A DNA stretch of 63,810 nt, counting the filler, from Octopus bimaculoides (taxonomy: Eukaryota): assembly GCF_001194135.2 (NCBI RefSeq). It is 5 parts of 5 records of this genome, joined end to end, with 100 filler letters (N's around TTAATTAATTAA, not from the genome) between each part and the next. Parts side by side here need not be neighbours in the genome. Positions count along the whole stretch, not along the records: positions 1 to 15,919 come from NC_068992.1; 4 more parts are not named here. One strand, 5' to 3'. Numbering within the stretch: position 1 is the first letter of the stretch; each line of letters starts with the position of its first letter. The position numbers were made by a program, and so were the translations under genes. Below are positions 1-13,715 of this stretch, in pieces. A model generated the notes under the pieces. The model had not been told where the DNA came from. It saw only the letters and a list, made by a program, of their open reading frames with translations, and ran no database searches.

Positions 1-145
1 TCATATATATATATATATATCATATATATATATATATCATATATATATATATATATCATATATATATATATATCATATATATATATATATATCATATATA
101 TATATATATATCATATATATATATATATATCATATATATATATAT
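1..145. repeat. (TA)n-based minisatellite, unit about TC(AT)9-10
   Basis: Directly visible periodic tcatatatatatatatata units. Confidence 0.95.
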
Positions 146-303
146 GGCACTTTCTCAGGATGCACACTGCTGATTGGTTGAAACTGATGGAAGAGGGTGT
201 GTGTGAGTGTCTTCACACACAAACACACACACACACACACACTGACAGACACACACTAACAGACGCACACCCACATAAAATACTTAATTTTCATAAAGTT
301 AAG

Positions 304-625
304 TTAAAGAATTACATGATGAGCATTATTATCCTTATCAATATTGTTACTGCTGTTAATGTTCTTCAGGCTATTACTGTTTACTCCCTCCGCATTCGGT
401 ATTTCTTTGTTACTTTCATGCACAATATTAGCTGGTAGAGCAGGGGCGACACTCTGGATTTTGTTAGACCCAACAAACGCTGCCATGGCAACCTCTTTAG
501 GTGGCATTAATACATTCTGTTGGTTGTTTCTGTCGTCGTTAGCTGCAGGCGCTAAGTTCACAATGGCGTTGGCGGCTTTTAGAGTGCCCAGTATGTTGTT
601 CTGATTCTGAAAGAACATCCAATGT
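304..625 (-). CDS. Probable 3'-terminal coding exon of an unidentified gene (106 aa, Asn/Ala-rich, probably disordered tail: HWMFFQNQNNILGTLKAANAIVNLAP...NNAHHVIL*)
   Basis: On the minus strand a long polypyrimidine tract (plus-strand A-rich run 651-716) precedes the first AG (tacag|A at 626-627). The frame (phase 2) is open to TAA at 304-306. Composition is non-repetitive and CpGs are retained despite CpG-poor flanks. No family recognised. Confidence 0.6.
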
Positions 626-678
626 CTGTAGGTCATGTTTGGTAGAAAATAAGAAAGAAAAAAAAAAAGAAAACGAAA

Positions 679-717
<39 letters not shown>

Positions 718-1122
718 CAGAGAATAAGACAAGTTCTGAATGAAATCACAATATGTGTACTTGAAGACAAAAAAGAAAATAAAGAAACAAAAAGAAACTA
801 GAAACTAAATAAGAAGAAAAGGTAAAGGCAAAAAAATAAGGGAAAGCAATAAGTCCACTACCCAGTGTAGATGTGAAGGGAAGCAGAATGTCCTTTGGCC
901 CCTCATGTGTCTGTTGACCAATGTGAGAAGGTGCCACAGAATGACTTAACATCTGAGGTACCAAGAGACCATGCTACCTGTGTCACTGTTTGTTATGATC
1001 CTTTATGCTCCAAATTCAAATCCTGTTAGGATAAATTTACAAAATACTGAGGTCAATACAACTGATTAGAACTACGGAAGATGGTGCCATATCATGAATA
1101 TCAATAAAAGAAAAGAAACCAA

Positions 1123-1349
1123 TTCACCCTTTATCATTCAGATTACTCTGTCAGATGTAATGCTTATTTACTCACATTGTTTTGATTTAATTATGCATTA
1201 TCTCATAACTTCAAGATTTCAATGATGTGATCGTATATATTTAGAATGATATTGTTGGGTAAGTGTGAGAGACCAGATCTAGCTGGTTTGAACACAAAAT
1301 GTAGAATGTTTGGGCTGGATATGACCAGTTTAAATGCTAAAGGGGTTAA
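1123..1349 (+). mobile_element. piggyBac-like MITE (TTAACCCTTTAGCATT-type TIR), copy 1
   Basis: Ends ttcaccctttatcattc ... aatgctaaaggggttaa. The internal sequence recurs at 1699-1903 and 10810-11043. TTAA/CCC...GGG/TTAA termini are typical of piggyBac. Confidence 0.7.
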
Positions 1350-1698
1350 AGATGTCCCAATTCTTTTTTTTGTTTACTTAACTCTTCTGTTACTATATTT
1401 CTGCTGAAATACATTGCATTCGTTTCAGTGAATTTTGATGATGGCCTTTGGAGCATAAATTTACATGAAATTTTGAAGGAAGGTTTTAATTTTGATCACT
1501 TTAAAATGGGAAGTTTGTATCACAGAATCAGGAATGATCTCAGGTGGATTGGTATCAAAAGGATTAAGTTGATTCTAAGTTGACACGACTAAAACTAAGT
1601 AGAATGAAGCCGTGTAGCATTCATGCCTTTCTCAAAAACTTTAAGTTTTATAGTGTAAGTGAAGTGAAGAAAAGAAACTTCAACCTTAAACTTCAAAT

Positions 1699-1903
1699 TT
1701 AACCCTAAACTGGCCATATCCATCCCAGATATTCTACCTATTTTATATCTAAACTGGTCATATATTACCATATATATTCATTCTAAAAATATATAAGCAC
1801 ATTATTGAAATGCCAAAGCTATGAGATAATGCCTGATTAATTTAAAATATGTGAATAAATAAGCTTTACATTTGACAGAATAATATGCATGCTAAAGGGT
1901 TAA
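1699..1903 (-). mobile_element. piggyBac-like MITE, copy 2 (inverted)
   Basis: ttaaccct ... gctaaagggttaa; body is the reverse complement of 1123-1349. Confidence 0.7.
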
Positions 1904-2915
1904 AAATGAGCCAAAAACTGACAAATATTAGCCCTGCTTTTAGCAAACATTAGTGAATCCTTTTTTTTCTTTTTACTTTTTGCTCCCATTGTCTATATTA
2001 ATGAGATCCCCAAAAAGGCATTGCATTCATATAATTCTCCTTGTTCATCATGGTGTTGGACAAGCTTAAAGTGTCAGAGACCAATTTGTTTGCCCCTCCT
2101 GCCTTTCAATCTCCATACGAACCCCTTATGAGAAACACTGCTTTATTTAATATAATATTTGTATAGTTTTGTTTAACACCAGATCAACACTCACAAGAAA
2201 ACCTTTGAACAATGATCATTCTTCCCTCTCTTACTCCTTTTCTTTTTTTAAGCTGGCAGAATGTGATTAGGGAGAGATTTGACCGCTATTTATAGCAAAC
2301 CCAATGACCACATAAGGTATCCCTCACTAGTTTCAAAGTACACAAGTTGTTATTATTATTGCTTTGGTCCAGATCACCTCTGATTAGACAGAACTATGAT
2401 TAAAAGCACTCCAGCCATGATCATGCAGTCTTTTATTCAAAATATTGTGTTACTCTAGAAGTACATATCCAATAAGTCCTTCACTTGTTTTTAAGACAGT
2501 GGGATGAAATACAAGAGAGATTGTGGCAGTGATTTCTAACAGATCAAGAGACTACACAAACACTTCCACAAGCGAAAAAAGGACAATCATAGATGCCATT
2601 CCATAAATGGCAATGCTAAAGGTTTCCACAAGTCACTTAAGAGTGGTGAGAGATAAGTTTTAGTTGGCAGATGAAGATAGTGACTGCTTGCAATTCAAAT
2701 ACATTAAGTGGATGGCCGATAAGAAAATATACATCTTTTCTTCAGGATAGAATGCCTGTTCACTGCAGAAGATATTTCTTGAAGTTGAGATGATTTGGTA
2801 TTGGGAAATCTTTCAAAGACACAATGAAATATCTATGACAGATATGAACTCATAATCCATGTGGTTATAAGCCTTTCAGATTTTGATAGGAAAGGAAAGA
2901 CGATTAGATTGACCC

Positions 2916-3025
2916 TTTATCAACCCTGAAAGTATGAAAGGCAAAATCGACCATGGCAGAATTTGAGCTCAAAACATAATGAGCCGGAAGATGCACCACT
3001 AAGCATTTTGTCTGATAGCTTGCAA
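2916..3025 (-). mobile_element. tRNA-derived SINE family A, decayed fragment
   Basis: Matches the reverse complement of intact copies such as 55181-55396. Confidence 0.6.
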
Positions 3026-3149
3026 TCTTGTATGAGTTTATATAGGAATATCAATTTCTCAGTTGACACAAAACTGTAAATTAGCAGATGGGGCAATATA
3101 GTTCTGAGTCCTCTCTAACTTATATCTCTTCCTAGTATAATAACCTTTG

Positions 3150-3380
3150 TTCCTCTCTCAGAGGTGATTGGTCTTATACCTCCACATTCAGAAACACTGT
3201 ATTTTCACCTTTTGTTGCCCATGTTGCATACACCCTACTCCAATCTTTGGCCCTGCGTTAACCAATATGCCAAGACACCTTCCTACCAAGAACATCATCC
3301 CTCTGGAATTTTGTCTATTTATTCATGTCTTTCATGCAGGTATCAGCTTGCAGCAGTTCCAATAAAGGAACATAAGCAGT
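3150..3380 (+). pseudogene. CR1/L2-type LINE ORF2 C-terminal remnant
   Basis: ttcctaccaagaacatcatccctctggaat encodes FLPRTSSLWN, resembling the SFFPRT-LWN-LP motif at the end of CR1/L2 ORF2. Confidence 0.5.
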
Positions 3381-4008
3381 GTCAGGTTTACCAGTTTCGG
3401 AGGATCTACAAAGGTCAATGCTACTTCCTCTTCCTTCAAACCCAGTAAAAAATTAAGAAAGTGAGGTTAGCATGGCTACTGGTCATTTTATCATTTTTCT
3501 TTTTTTTAACCTCCTGAGACTGGAGGAAAGGGCAGTGTCCATGCCCCTCTACAGACCTTCTGAAATAGGAGAGATTGGTGCTGTTAATGCTGTTTTGCTT
3601 AAACTATAGCAGGTCAATAACAGCAGGAAAGACATGAAGAAATGAACAGGAATAGATTATTAGAAGGATGAAAATATGGAGAGGAAGGAATGGATATAGT
3701 ATACTGTGGTGGTAGGAAAATGATGGACACAAAGATAAAGAGACACTGGAAGTAAAAGTAAAAAAAATGAGAAAACAGAGGGAAGCACCAGAGGGGAAAA
3801 AGGAATTCTGAATGAATTAGAATCCAGAGGCGAAAACACTGAGGAAAGTATTCTTTATTACGGGTTTAGGATGAGAGGAGTGAGTGATAGCAGGAGGTAG
3901 GAGGGGTGCGCAAAGTGCATTTTAGACAAACAACTTTAGAAGAGAAGGGGTTGTGGAAGACACAACAGTAAAAGAAGAGGAGGAGACTGAAATCAGAAGA
4001 ATTTTACT

Positions 4009-4156
<148 letters not shown>

Positions 4157-4503
4157 TTCTTGATGATAATGGTGATTGAAAATTTGGTTATGGTGAAGGT
4201 GACCTTTTTTCTATATGGATATATGATCAAGAATAGTGGTTCTTCTAAACCTGGTGACAGCTTCCCTGAATGGGTGTTATGACTGGGGAGGGGGCTGAGT
4301 TTTAGAGGTATGGTTGAGAAGCTTCTCAGAAATAAAATATGTAAAGCTGTAAACTAGGTGCAACACATGATATATTAAACACATTGAAAAGGTTATTGTG
4401 TTATAGGTGAACGGAAACCTGACAGATGATGCACCAAGGTCCAATATTACATTATGTAAGGCCTCATTTTCATTAGTAACTTCTTTTAAAACTTTTCACA
4501 TAA

Positions 4504-4680
4504 AGCAGAGATGTAGCTGTATGGTAAGAAGCTTGCTTCCTAACCACATGGTTCCAGGTTCAATCCTGCTGCATGACATCTTGGGTAAGTGTTTTCTACT
4601 ATAACTTCAGGCTGACCAAAGCCTTGTGAGTGAATTTGGTAAACAAAAAAATGAATGGAACCCATAGTGTATAGATATGT
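4504..4680 (+). mobile_element. tRNA-derived SINE family B, 5' part, CpG-decayed
   Basis: gtagctgtatggtaagaagcttgcttcctaaccacatggttccaggttcaatcc head plus gaccaaagccttgtgagt body, shared with 15004-15322 and 42575-43390. Confidence 0.75.
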
Positions 4681-5984
4681 TTGTGTGTTTGTGTGTGTGT
4701 GTGCGTGTGTGTATATGTGTGCATGCGCATATGTCTGATGTACCCTGGGTATTTGAGCAACTACTCTAGACTAGAGTAAGATGTATTTCTACTTTTGATA
4801 GGTTTATCACTTGTCAATGACTTCAGTATTTCCTGGCTTGAGGAATGAAAACTCAGTCTTTGAGAAGCAGCAATGTTAGTAATATGAAGGAAGCACAGTT
4901 GTGGGAAACCTATAATTCCATTCCAATACACCATATTTTCTTGGCCACTTTACATCAATAAACTATTTTGTTAAATGACGACGATAATGATGATGCTTCA
5001 AAATGCTGCACTGTTCTTTATATGAAAATCATGTTGATCTGTTATTGATCTACTCTTAATATATTATTATTATTATTATTATTATAAAAGAAATTATCAT
5101 CATCATCATTATTATTGTCATTATTATTATTACTTCACAGCATGCAAGTCTTATTGTATAATCTATAGTGTTTTACCCTCACTATTTATCATAATCAATT
5201 ATGGTTCTTCGAAACATATTGAACTCATCTTAATGTATTGAAATTTCATCGTATTACTCTTCAGATCTTTTTGACTTCCTTAAGTATTTCTTGCATGCCA
5301 TTGAACACTTTTAAATCATTCATTAAATATGATCAATAAAAAGAAACATTTTGTTGCAATGAGTTAGACATGCCTAAGCCATAGTCCCCCAAAGTTTTCT
5401 TTCAAAACAAACAAAACAAAAAAACAAGATCTTAAACTGATAATGAATAGTGTCATATGAAAGCTAGGTAAATTTGAGACTCCCAAAATCAATGCTGCAA
5501 CAAGTTAGTGTTCAATTCAAAATATTCAAGATTATGTTTGAACCAAAAGGAATTTGGGCCACAGTATAATAGATTTTACCCTTAAAAAAAATCATTAATA
5601 GGTTGTTTAAGAAGCACGTTGTTTTGGTTTAGCTGCTGAAGTATCATCAATGAGTCACAGCTCTCCTCAACAAGAAAATCAACAATTTGAATATCTACTT
5701 ATGTCATTCACTGATAATCATTGTCCATCGTATGAAATATAGACTGACAAGTAGCTTGAATGATTATTGGCAATAATTTCTTTCTACAAGACCACTTCTT
5801 ATGACAACAAGGATCTTGTACATAGATACAATTAAGTTGTAATTAATTACTGATTAGACCAACAGTTCATGTGATCATGAGTTTAAATCCTGTTTGTTAT
5901 AGATACACATACAAAGAGGCAATGTGTGTATATGTAGATATATGTATGTGTGTGTGCGTGTATATATGTATATACCCTTATGCT

Positions 5985-6225
5985 ACACCCAACCCTCTAT
6001 CAAGGGGTCTTGTCTTGCAAGCTATTTGAGGACCCCACTAGAGCCAATGACATGGAAAAGCACCCAGCGCACTCTGTAGAGTGTCTGGCATTAGGAAAGG
6101 TATCCAGCTACAGAAACCATGTAAAAACAGACACTGGAGCTCAACACTGTCCTCTGACCAGTCAAATCCTGTCAAATCCTCCGACCCATGCCAGCATGGA
6201 ATATGGATGCTAAATGATGATGAGT
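5985..6225 (+). mobile_element. SINE-like repeat family R (ends ccatgccagcatgg...gatgatga), decayed
   Basis: Shares aaaagcacc / ggcattaggaaag / catccagct / cccatgccagcatgg blocks with 11885-12150. Confidence 0.6.
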
Positions 6226-6474
6226 ATGACAGTAGCTGTCTGTAACAAAAAGAAGGCTGATACATAAGGTGTATGAGAGAACATGCTGGAAATCACATTG
6301 GTATAGTGAGGGGCTACATGACCATACTCGTGGTTGAGGAAGCCTTCTTTTGAGAAGCAGATGTGAACATACTGGTTACATGAAATTCAAATATCTGCTC
6401 ACTAATGAAAATTCAAAATCCCTGTATCTACTTCAATGACTGAAACTAATAAAAGTAAAAAGCAAAGACTAAAT

Positions 6475-6780
6475 GCATCATGTGACGTTTGTCCTTCATG
6501 TTCCTGAAGACAACAAGATGAACAGCTTTACCCTTTGTGGATCCTGAGGTGACTTATTAAGCCAATATTGGCATAAAATCCATGGTTACAGTGGCAGATA
6601 TGTAATAGGAGAATCAGGACCTTGCAGGGCCCTTGCTTTCCATGCAGCTCTCCCTCACTTTAGTTTCTCTGCAGCTTGTAACTTAATCATATCTTGTTTA
6701 AAGGAATGGTTAAGTTACATTTAACAGACTGAAGTCTAATTGCCTTTTGATCAAGTGGCCAGGAATTCAGACTTTCTTTG
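6475..6780 (-). pseudogene. RTE LINE 3' end remnant (C-terminal zinc-finger-like motif plus 3' UTR)
   Basis: Minus strand encodes YICHCNHGFYANIGLISHLRIHKG* (stop 6528-6530), matching the C..C...F....GL.SH.R.H terminus of RTE ORFs. Confidence 0.7.
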
Positions 6781-6829
6781 TAACAGCCATTGTGGTGTGT
6801 GTCTGGATGAGGCACATAACATTGCTTAT

Positions 6830-7100
6830 TTCATATTTGATGTCAGAGGTGGAGCTAGTGATTGCACAATGTTAAATGTTTGATACGAGAAGAAAAATGT
6901 CAGTGATATTGAAAATGAGAACTTTGTTACAATTAACCTGATACCTTGCACATATCCAGAAATAAGACACTTGATAAAGATTGGAGATAAAAACCAACAA
7001 AAAAGTATAGATGTAAATTGGCCAAGATTTATATGAAGCATGTATAGTATAAAGCAAAGAAAGGGGAGGGGTGTCGGTAAATTCAGAGGATTAATAAATA
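6830..7100 (-). pseudogene. Highly decayed CR1-like reverse transcriptase remnant
   Basis: Frameshifted pieces LISGYVQG and LIFNITDIFLLVSNI*HC resemble SGVPQG / LFLIFINDL...IH motifs. Confidence 0.35.
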
Positions 7101-10100
7101 CTGAAGAAGGACAAGTTGAAAATGGTTTGTTGCAGGTGCAATATGTGGTGGGGAGTTGAACAAGCAATGAGGTATAAAATATGAAGCGAGTTAATACAAC
7201 CTGGGAGGAAAAAGTGGTGTGGAAAAGTAATGGAATGAAGTAAAACCGAGGAAGAAATTGTTAGATCAAAACTGATATATTAGACTTTTACAAGTAAAAT
7301 GTCAGAGATTAAAGAATATGGAAATACAATGGTACAGACTTAATTTAGATATCAGGGGAGGGAAAAAACAACAACAATAACAGGAAAATTAAAGCAATCA
7401 TATATATTAAAATGATGGCAATAATTATCAATTATAGTTTTTTTTTTTCTTAAGTTAGTCATGCAACTATTTCTGACATTTTTTTCCATTAACAAGCATT
7501 TATTACAATGAGTAACAAAACTGCAAATTTTATATCAACTTAATTATATGCAAAGTTAAACAATAGAATATGATAAAACTAGTGATGATCTGTGTTGACA
7601 ATTATTGGACATAAAAAGTTTACGAAGACGAATAAATTATTTTGCCATGATGAAGAAGAGTAAAGTATGATGTTTTAGGCAGGACTCTGTTGGCAAAAAG
7701 TTCTGCCTAAAATCAAAAACTTCTCTTTTTCACATTAAAATAATTTCTATTACTTTGAAAACGTTTCGATTGTATGCAGTTGTTTTCATTATCAAATTTT
7801 TGAAACATAAGCTTGCTCTTTTCTTGAAAGTCAGAAGAACAGGAAAACTTTCCCAACACAAAGAATGAACAAATGGAAACAATAAAAGTGATTTTAGCTG
7901 AAAACAAATGTTTTTTCTATCTTACACTGGTGACAAGTCTAATACACAAAAGAAAGAAAAAATAAATGTGCACACCATAGAGTTATTACTGGCTAAGTAG
8001 TGGTGCAAAGATATCCAAATACAAAAATGATTTACAGTACCAAAGGAAAGATGACTCATGCAGGGAATGGTTGTGTTTGTGATGGAGATATCACAAGTAC
8101 ATTGTCACAAAAAAACATTATCACAAAATAAAGAAATAACAGGTCTACCCTGCATCTGTTATCCAAGTTTTTTATCACCACCACTGAACAAATTTATCAG
8201 ATACCTGTAAGGACATGGCCTTTCTGACAAGGCTGAACATACAGAATCAGCAGGCATAGTACTCTATAGGATACGTTGTATTATATGTTTAATATGTGAG
8301 ACAGTATTCTTCCTTAGATGAGATAAATGCTGGCTATTCATCAGCTGTTACAAAACATTAAACTGTACCTATGCATGCATGCATGCATGTATATTCTTTT
8401 AATGTTTCAGCTATTGGTCTGCAGTCATGTTGGGGGAACCACCTCCAACAGTTCAGTTGATCACATCAAGTCCAGTATTATTTTTAAGTTTGGTACTTAT
8501 TTTATCAATCTCTGCTTGTTGAACAACTATGTTACAAGACAGAAATTTAACACAGACACATATACACACACACATGTGCACTGTGGTTCAGTATCCAATT
8601 GTACTGTAAACACCCATTGCAAGAAGATGCAAATAATCAAAATAGCAAAACATATGTAGGGAGCACATGATGTAAACATTTCATTTCACATTACTCTGTA
8701 ATCACTTCAACATTTGCTGTGTGGCCCACAGTGCACCAGTACAGGCAATGTCAATTTGATGGAGAGAATGAGCCAATGTATATCACGATAAACATTTCAC
8801 TGCCATAAACAAACCAAACTGCCAGTTTTTCTGCAAGAAACTGCAGAGCCGTCATCTGTCATCTATGACAGTAGAATCCACAGTATATACACATATATGT
8901 GTGCATGTGTAGACATACAAACACACAAGAAGAAGAAGAAGAAGAAGAAGAGCAGGACTACAATAAACTTGGTGTTCATTAGTGGTCCTAGAGTGGGATA
9001 ATGTGATCATTGAGCTAGATTCTTGATTTCAGAGACATACAATAAAATATATTTCAATGAAGGTATACAAATAATTATGCCACCTGTGATTCTTAATACC
9101 ATTAAGAATCATTCACAATAAGGCTATATTGACTAGTTTCTGTGTATGTGTTCACATTATACAACAATGATGTGATAGTGAAACCACTATATAAACCAGA
9201 TAAAACAACATGCAATCAAACTAGTTGACATGCATCCCGAAACATAGTCCCTCAAAGCAAATTCCTGCATCAATTTTTTTTTTTACCTCTAGAGTTATTC
9301 TTTTCCACTTTTTTTAATTTTTATTTAAAGCTTCAAATTAATAAAACTGGAAGAATTTTCATCAAGTCAAATCGTTCAGGAGGAGGATGGGAAGAAATTT
9401 AATTGAATACATTTTTTTTTTAATGGAATTGAAATTTAAACTGAAATAAAATTCAAAGCAATAAACGATATTTCAGTTAGTTCTTGTTTTCTTTCTTTTT
9501 TTAAAATTTAATCATATCAGTTAAATAAATTAAAAAGTTCACAATAGAAAACTGGAAAAACAAAAATAAAAAGCAAAAAATCAAAACCTTCAAAAATTCT
9601 CACCCATCAAAAATATCAACTACTTATAATAATATGTAACTAATTTAAATTATTAACTAAATAATACATTTTTACCTTCATTAATGTATTAATTAGACTA
9701 CTGATACCCTGATTATCATTCAGTTTGCATCAGTTACAGAATTCTGAGTTTGAATTCTGCTAGCAATGATTCTTGCCTTTCAATAATTTTGGATCAATAA
9801 TATACATATCAATAATACAGTAAGGGACTATTAACCCTTATTGCACAGGAATTGAGTATACTTGGGCCCATGCACGAGTATTTGAGAGATGGGAACTGAG
9901 TTAGCTTGGTTTTTGATATTAGGGTACATTCTAAAACCAATCCCATTTCATACAATGTAGTACACACATTTTGTTTTTACTGGTTGTACCAATTTAGTTT
10001 CATATGCTAATTATGAAAATGAAATTAATTTTTTTCAAAACTTAATAAATAAAAAATTAATAGCTGTAAAAATTTTCAAACTTTGGATAATTTTAGCCAA

Positions 10101-10328
10101 TTGAAAGCCACCTGCAAGAAACTGCAGAGCCATCATGTCATCACATGACCATAATTCTCACATTGGTGTCTGTTTCCATAGTAACAAATAAAGCTGTAGT
10201 CTGCCCTGTTTTCATTTTGGATGAAATGTTGCTAAGTATTTTTTCTAGCATACTAATGGTTCTGGCAGCTTGCCACTTAAATAAAATTAATGATGATGAT
10301 AATGATGGTAGTAGTAGTAGTAGTAGTA

Positions 10329-10365
<37 letters not shown>

Positions 10366-10371
10366 TAATAA

Positions 10372-10402
<31 letters not shown>

Positions 10403-10809
10403 AAAAATAATAATGATAATTCAAGAATAAACAAAGATGAAAAAGGAATGTTGTTGATGTTGTTAAAACCTAGGTCAGCACTGATTGAGTAGACCTAAGA
10501 GGGATGGGGGGAAAAAGAAGGGTTTATTGAGAAAACAAATAAATAAACAGGTAAAAAAAAATACAAAAACTTATAATCAAATAACATTTTTTAATATGTA
10601 AGTTATCATGGCAACAAGTACCTTTTGGTGTTAGTACATCAGGTATATTACCTATTAGGATGCTATAATTACATGCAAATTAGATTAATTAAAATTACAT
10701 AATTGACAGATAATGGTAGAGAATAGCTGGAACATAAAAAGCTTACAACTATTAATTTTGGTTTGTAAAATGAGAGAGAGAGAGAGAGAGAAATAGTTTC
10801 TAAAATGAA

Positions 10810-11043
10810 TTAACCCATGATCATTGAAACCAGCTAATATCTTACCCAAATATTCTACCTGTATTATGTTCAAACCAACCAGATCCAGCCGCTCACACCT
10901 ACTCTACAATGTCATTCTAAAGATAAAACAATCAGATCACTGAAATCTCATAGCTACAGAATAATCAATGAATAATTGAAAACAATGTGAATGAATGAAT
11001 AAGCGTTATGCTTGGCAGAGTAATTTCAATGCTAAAAGGTTAA
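10810..11043 (-). mobile_element. piggyBac-like MITE, copy 3
   Basis: ttaaccc ... aatgctaaaaggttaa; same body as 1123-1349. Confidence 0.7.
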
Positions 11044-11329
11044 CGGTAAAGATGCTTAATTGTATCTGTTTTTAAGTTGACCAATACAGGTCTTGACATC
11101 TTGCACAAAATGGAAGTGACATAGAAGAAGAAATTTGAAGTCAGGAAAAAATTAAACTTGATATTCAGTTGCTTCTGAATCACATGGCTTTGAGTTCAGT
11201 GCCATTGTGACCCAACATGCTTTTACAGAAGATTGGAAATGAAGGACACCACTTCTATGATAGTAACATTTGCTTACAATTACCATGTGAGGTCAAGACA
11301 AACTGTCCGTAACACACACACACACATGC

Positions 11330-11474
11330 ATATGATGGGATTCTTTCAGTTTCCATCCAGCAAATCCATTAATAAGGCTTTGGTGGACCAAGTAGAAAAC
11401 CAAGCAGAACACACTTTTTCAAGGTGCCATGCAGTGGGACTGAATCCAGGGCCTCAAGGCTAGAAGGCAAGCTT
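11330..11474 (-). mobile_element. SINE family B fragment
   Basis: ttctttcagtttccatccagcaaatcc and aaggtgccatgcagtgggactgaatcc are reverse complements of family B blocks. Confidence 0.65.
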
Positions 11475-11482
11475 GTGTGTGT

Positions 11483-11526
<44 letters not shown>

Positions 11527-11884
11527 TTATTGTTGATTGCTAAAGACGTTTCCTTTCTTTATTACTACATCACTTTCATTTTGTACTGGAGGCCAAGTTT
11601 GCCATGGCTGGCTCGAAAACATCAGTATTCACCATCTTTATCAAATTAAATCTGGAAGTGAAAATAGGGGGGAAGACAGGGAGGGAGGGGGAAATAGCTG
11701 AATGGGTATTATGTAAGCATACACATTGCTAAGCTATGGCACATGCAGGGGTCCATAAACACAACCATTGACACATACACACAAAATTGCTTTTGCATTT
11801 GGTTTCAAAGATTCTTGGCATACTGACCCTAGCAAGATACAACAATTTTATTTATATACCAAAATCATAGTTGTGGGTGATTCT

Positions 11885-12150
11885 AGTGTCACCTGACTGG
11901 CACCTGTGCTGGTGGCATGTAAAAAGCACCATTCGAGCATGGTCAATGCCAGTGCTGCTGGACTGGCTCCTGTGCCAGTAGTATGTAAAAAGCACCTACT
12001 TGCACTCTCGGAAAGGCATCCAGCTGTAGAAACCTTGCCAGATCAGATTGGAGCCTGGTGCTGCCTCCTGGCTTGCCAGTCCTTACTCAAACTGTCCAAC
12101 CCATACCAGCATGAAAAGCAGAAGTTAAACGATGATAACAATGATGATGA
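11885..12150 (+). mobile_element. SINE-like repeat family R with internal tandem duplication and (GAT)n tail
   Basis: The ctgtgc...atgtaaaaagcacc block occurs twice; ends gttaaacgatgataacaatgatgatga. The reverse-complement tail occurs at 15836-15919. Confidence 0.7.
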
Positions 12151-12805
12151 TAAATATAAAATGATCTTCAGGACTAATAATGTTATTACTCAGACTGAGC
12201 TTTATCAAATGGCTACTTAATGTCTTTTCCCGAGATATTATATGGTCACTTGGTGAAAACCTTATTAACTACCAGTCCTGGAGATTATATACAACACATA
12301 CTACAATTTGCTTTGTATTCAGTCATCTCTTCTTGTCTCACGTAATTCATACAACAGCATGCGTGCATACATGCACACACATATACACTTGCATAGTGAA
12401 TGTGAATGTACAATCAAAAGTCCAGGGAAAAAAAAAACATTTATGGTAAATTAATGTGGAACTTGCACTTCTTGTACCCTGACTGTAGATTCTCCTTTGT
12501 AAACAATCATTAAGTTATTTACCAACAAATTTGCACAAAAATCTAGAAATATTCAGATTCACAAAGAGAAAGCAAAAGAAACTGATATGGATTTTCCAAA
12601 TCCAATCTATTAGCAACACAGTGAAGATTCGAAAGATATTTCAAAGATTCTCTATGTGAGATTCTTATGTGAATAGGTGTATTCATCGGCAGTTCAATCC
12701 AACTCATCTACTCAACCACATATTTACAAACATGAGGAAGTCTCTTAACTCAAAAACTTTTGTTGTTTTGTTAGTGACTGCCTTGAACACTATTGAGAAA
12801 AGTTG

Positions 12806-12848
<43 letters not shown>

Positions 12849-13715
12849 GACTGGATATCATTGTTTGAGACAGACAAGAAAAAGCATGTACAGTCATGGA
12901 GAACATATGCACCACTCATGTGAAAATGTCTTTGTAAAATCAAAGAGAAAGACTGTTACAATGGACCACTGCTTCAAAACCGTCAGTGTTGTCAATAAAT
13001 ACCTGAGTGACTCGACCTGGAAAAGCTAAGGTTTTCAGTAAAAGAAATCAACCGGCTAACACCCATGTTACAAATACAATCAATTGTAAGCAGAACAATA
13101 AAAATATGCAAGACTTTTCTCAGGTTCAAAATGTGACATTGCTTTTGTTATTGATATTCCAATGATGGAGCTTTGTGTCTTTGTAGGAAACCAGCTCTTT
13201 CCTTGCAGGAAAACTTCAGATAGTTAAAAACATAAGAGAATGAATCAACAAACAAACAAATGAACAAGCCCACAAGCATACATACGTACATACATACATA
13301 CATACAGCAAATAAAGCTATAAATAACAGCATGTAAATATTGGGCTAAAATCCCTTTGGATAGAAAAAGTTGACTGCTGTCCTTGGGACAAACCCAAATC
13401 TCCTGTAAACATGACAGGCTTTCTATTATTGAACAAAAGCAATCATTCAAATTGCTTTATCATTTTAGAGACTTTATGTTTACCAGTGAGAACTGTATGT
13501 TGTTGATGTCATAAGAAGTTAGAAACATTGAGTGAATGTGAAATAATTCTTTCTTAGGACAAATAAATCTTGAAACAGATAATCTATAAATAATAGTTCT
13601 AAATATTGGTTTAAAACACTCTTTTAATAGAAAAACTCAAAGGTTGCTTCTTAAAAACAATTATTTCACATTCTTTAATTTTCTGAATTCTTAAGATGTC
13701 AATAATAATATTTCA

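Noticed and set aside
304-625. Resemblance of FFQNQ to the TMEM231 C-terminus (FVFQNQ)
   Set aside because: The match is only 4-5 residues, the tail is too long, and no other TMEM231-like exons were found, so no symbol was assigned.
4407-9400. Possible plus-strand small exons (4407-4455, 4802-4874, 5633-5752, 9331-9400)
   Set aside because: Splice-like ends are present, but phases are only partly compatible and no peptide is recognisable; this is expected by chance in AT-rich DNA.
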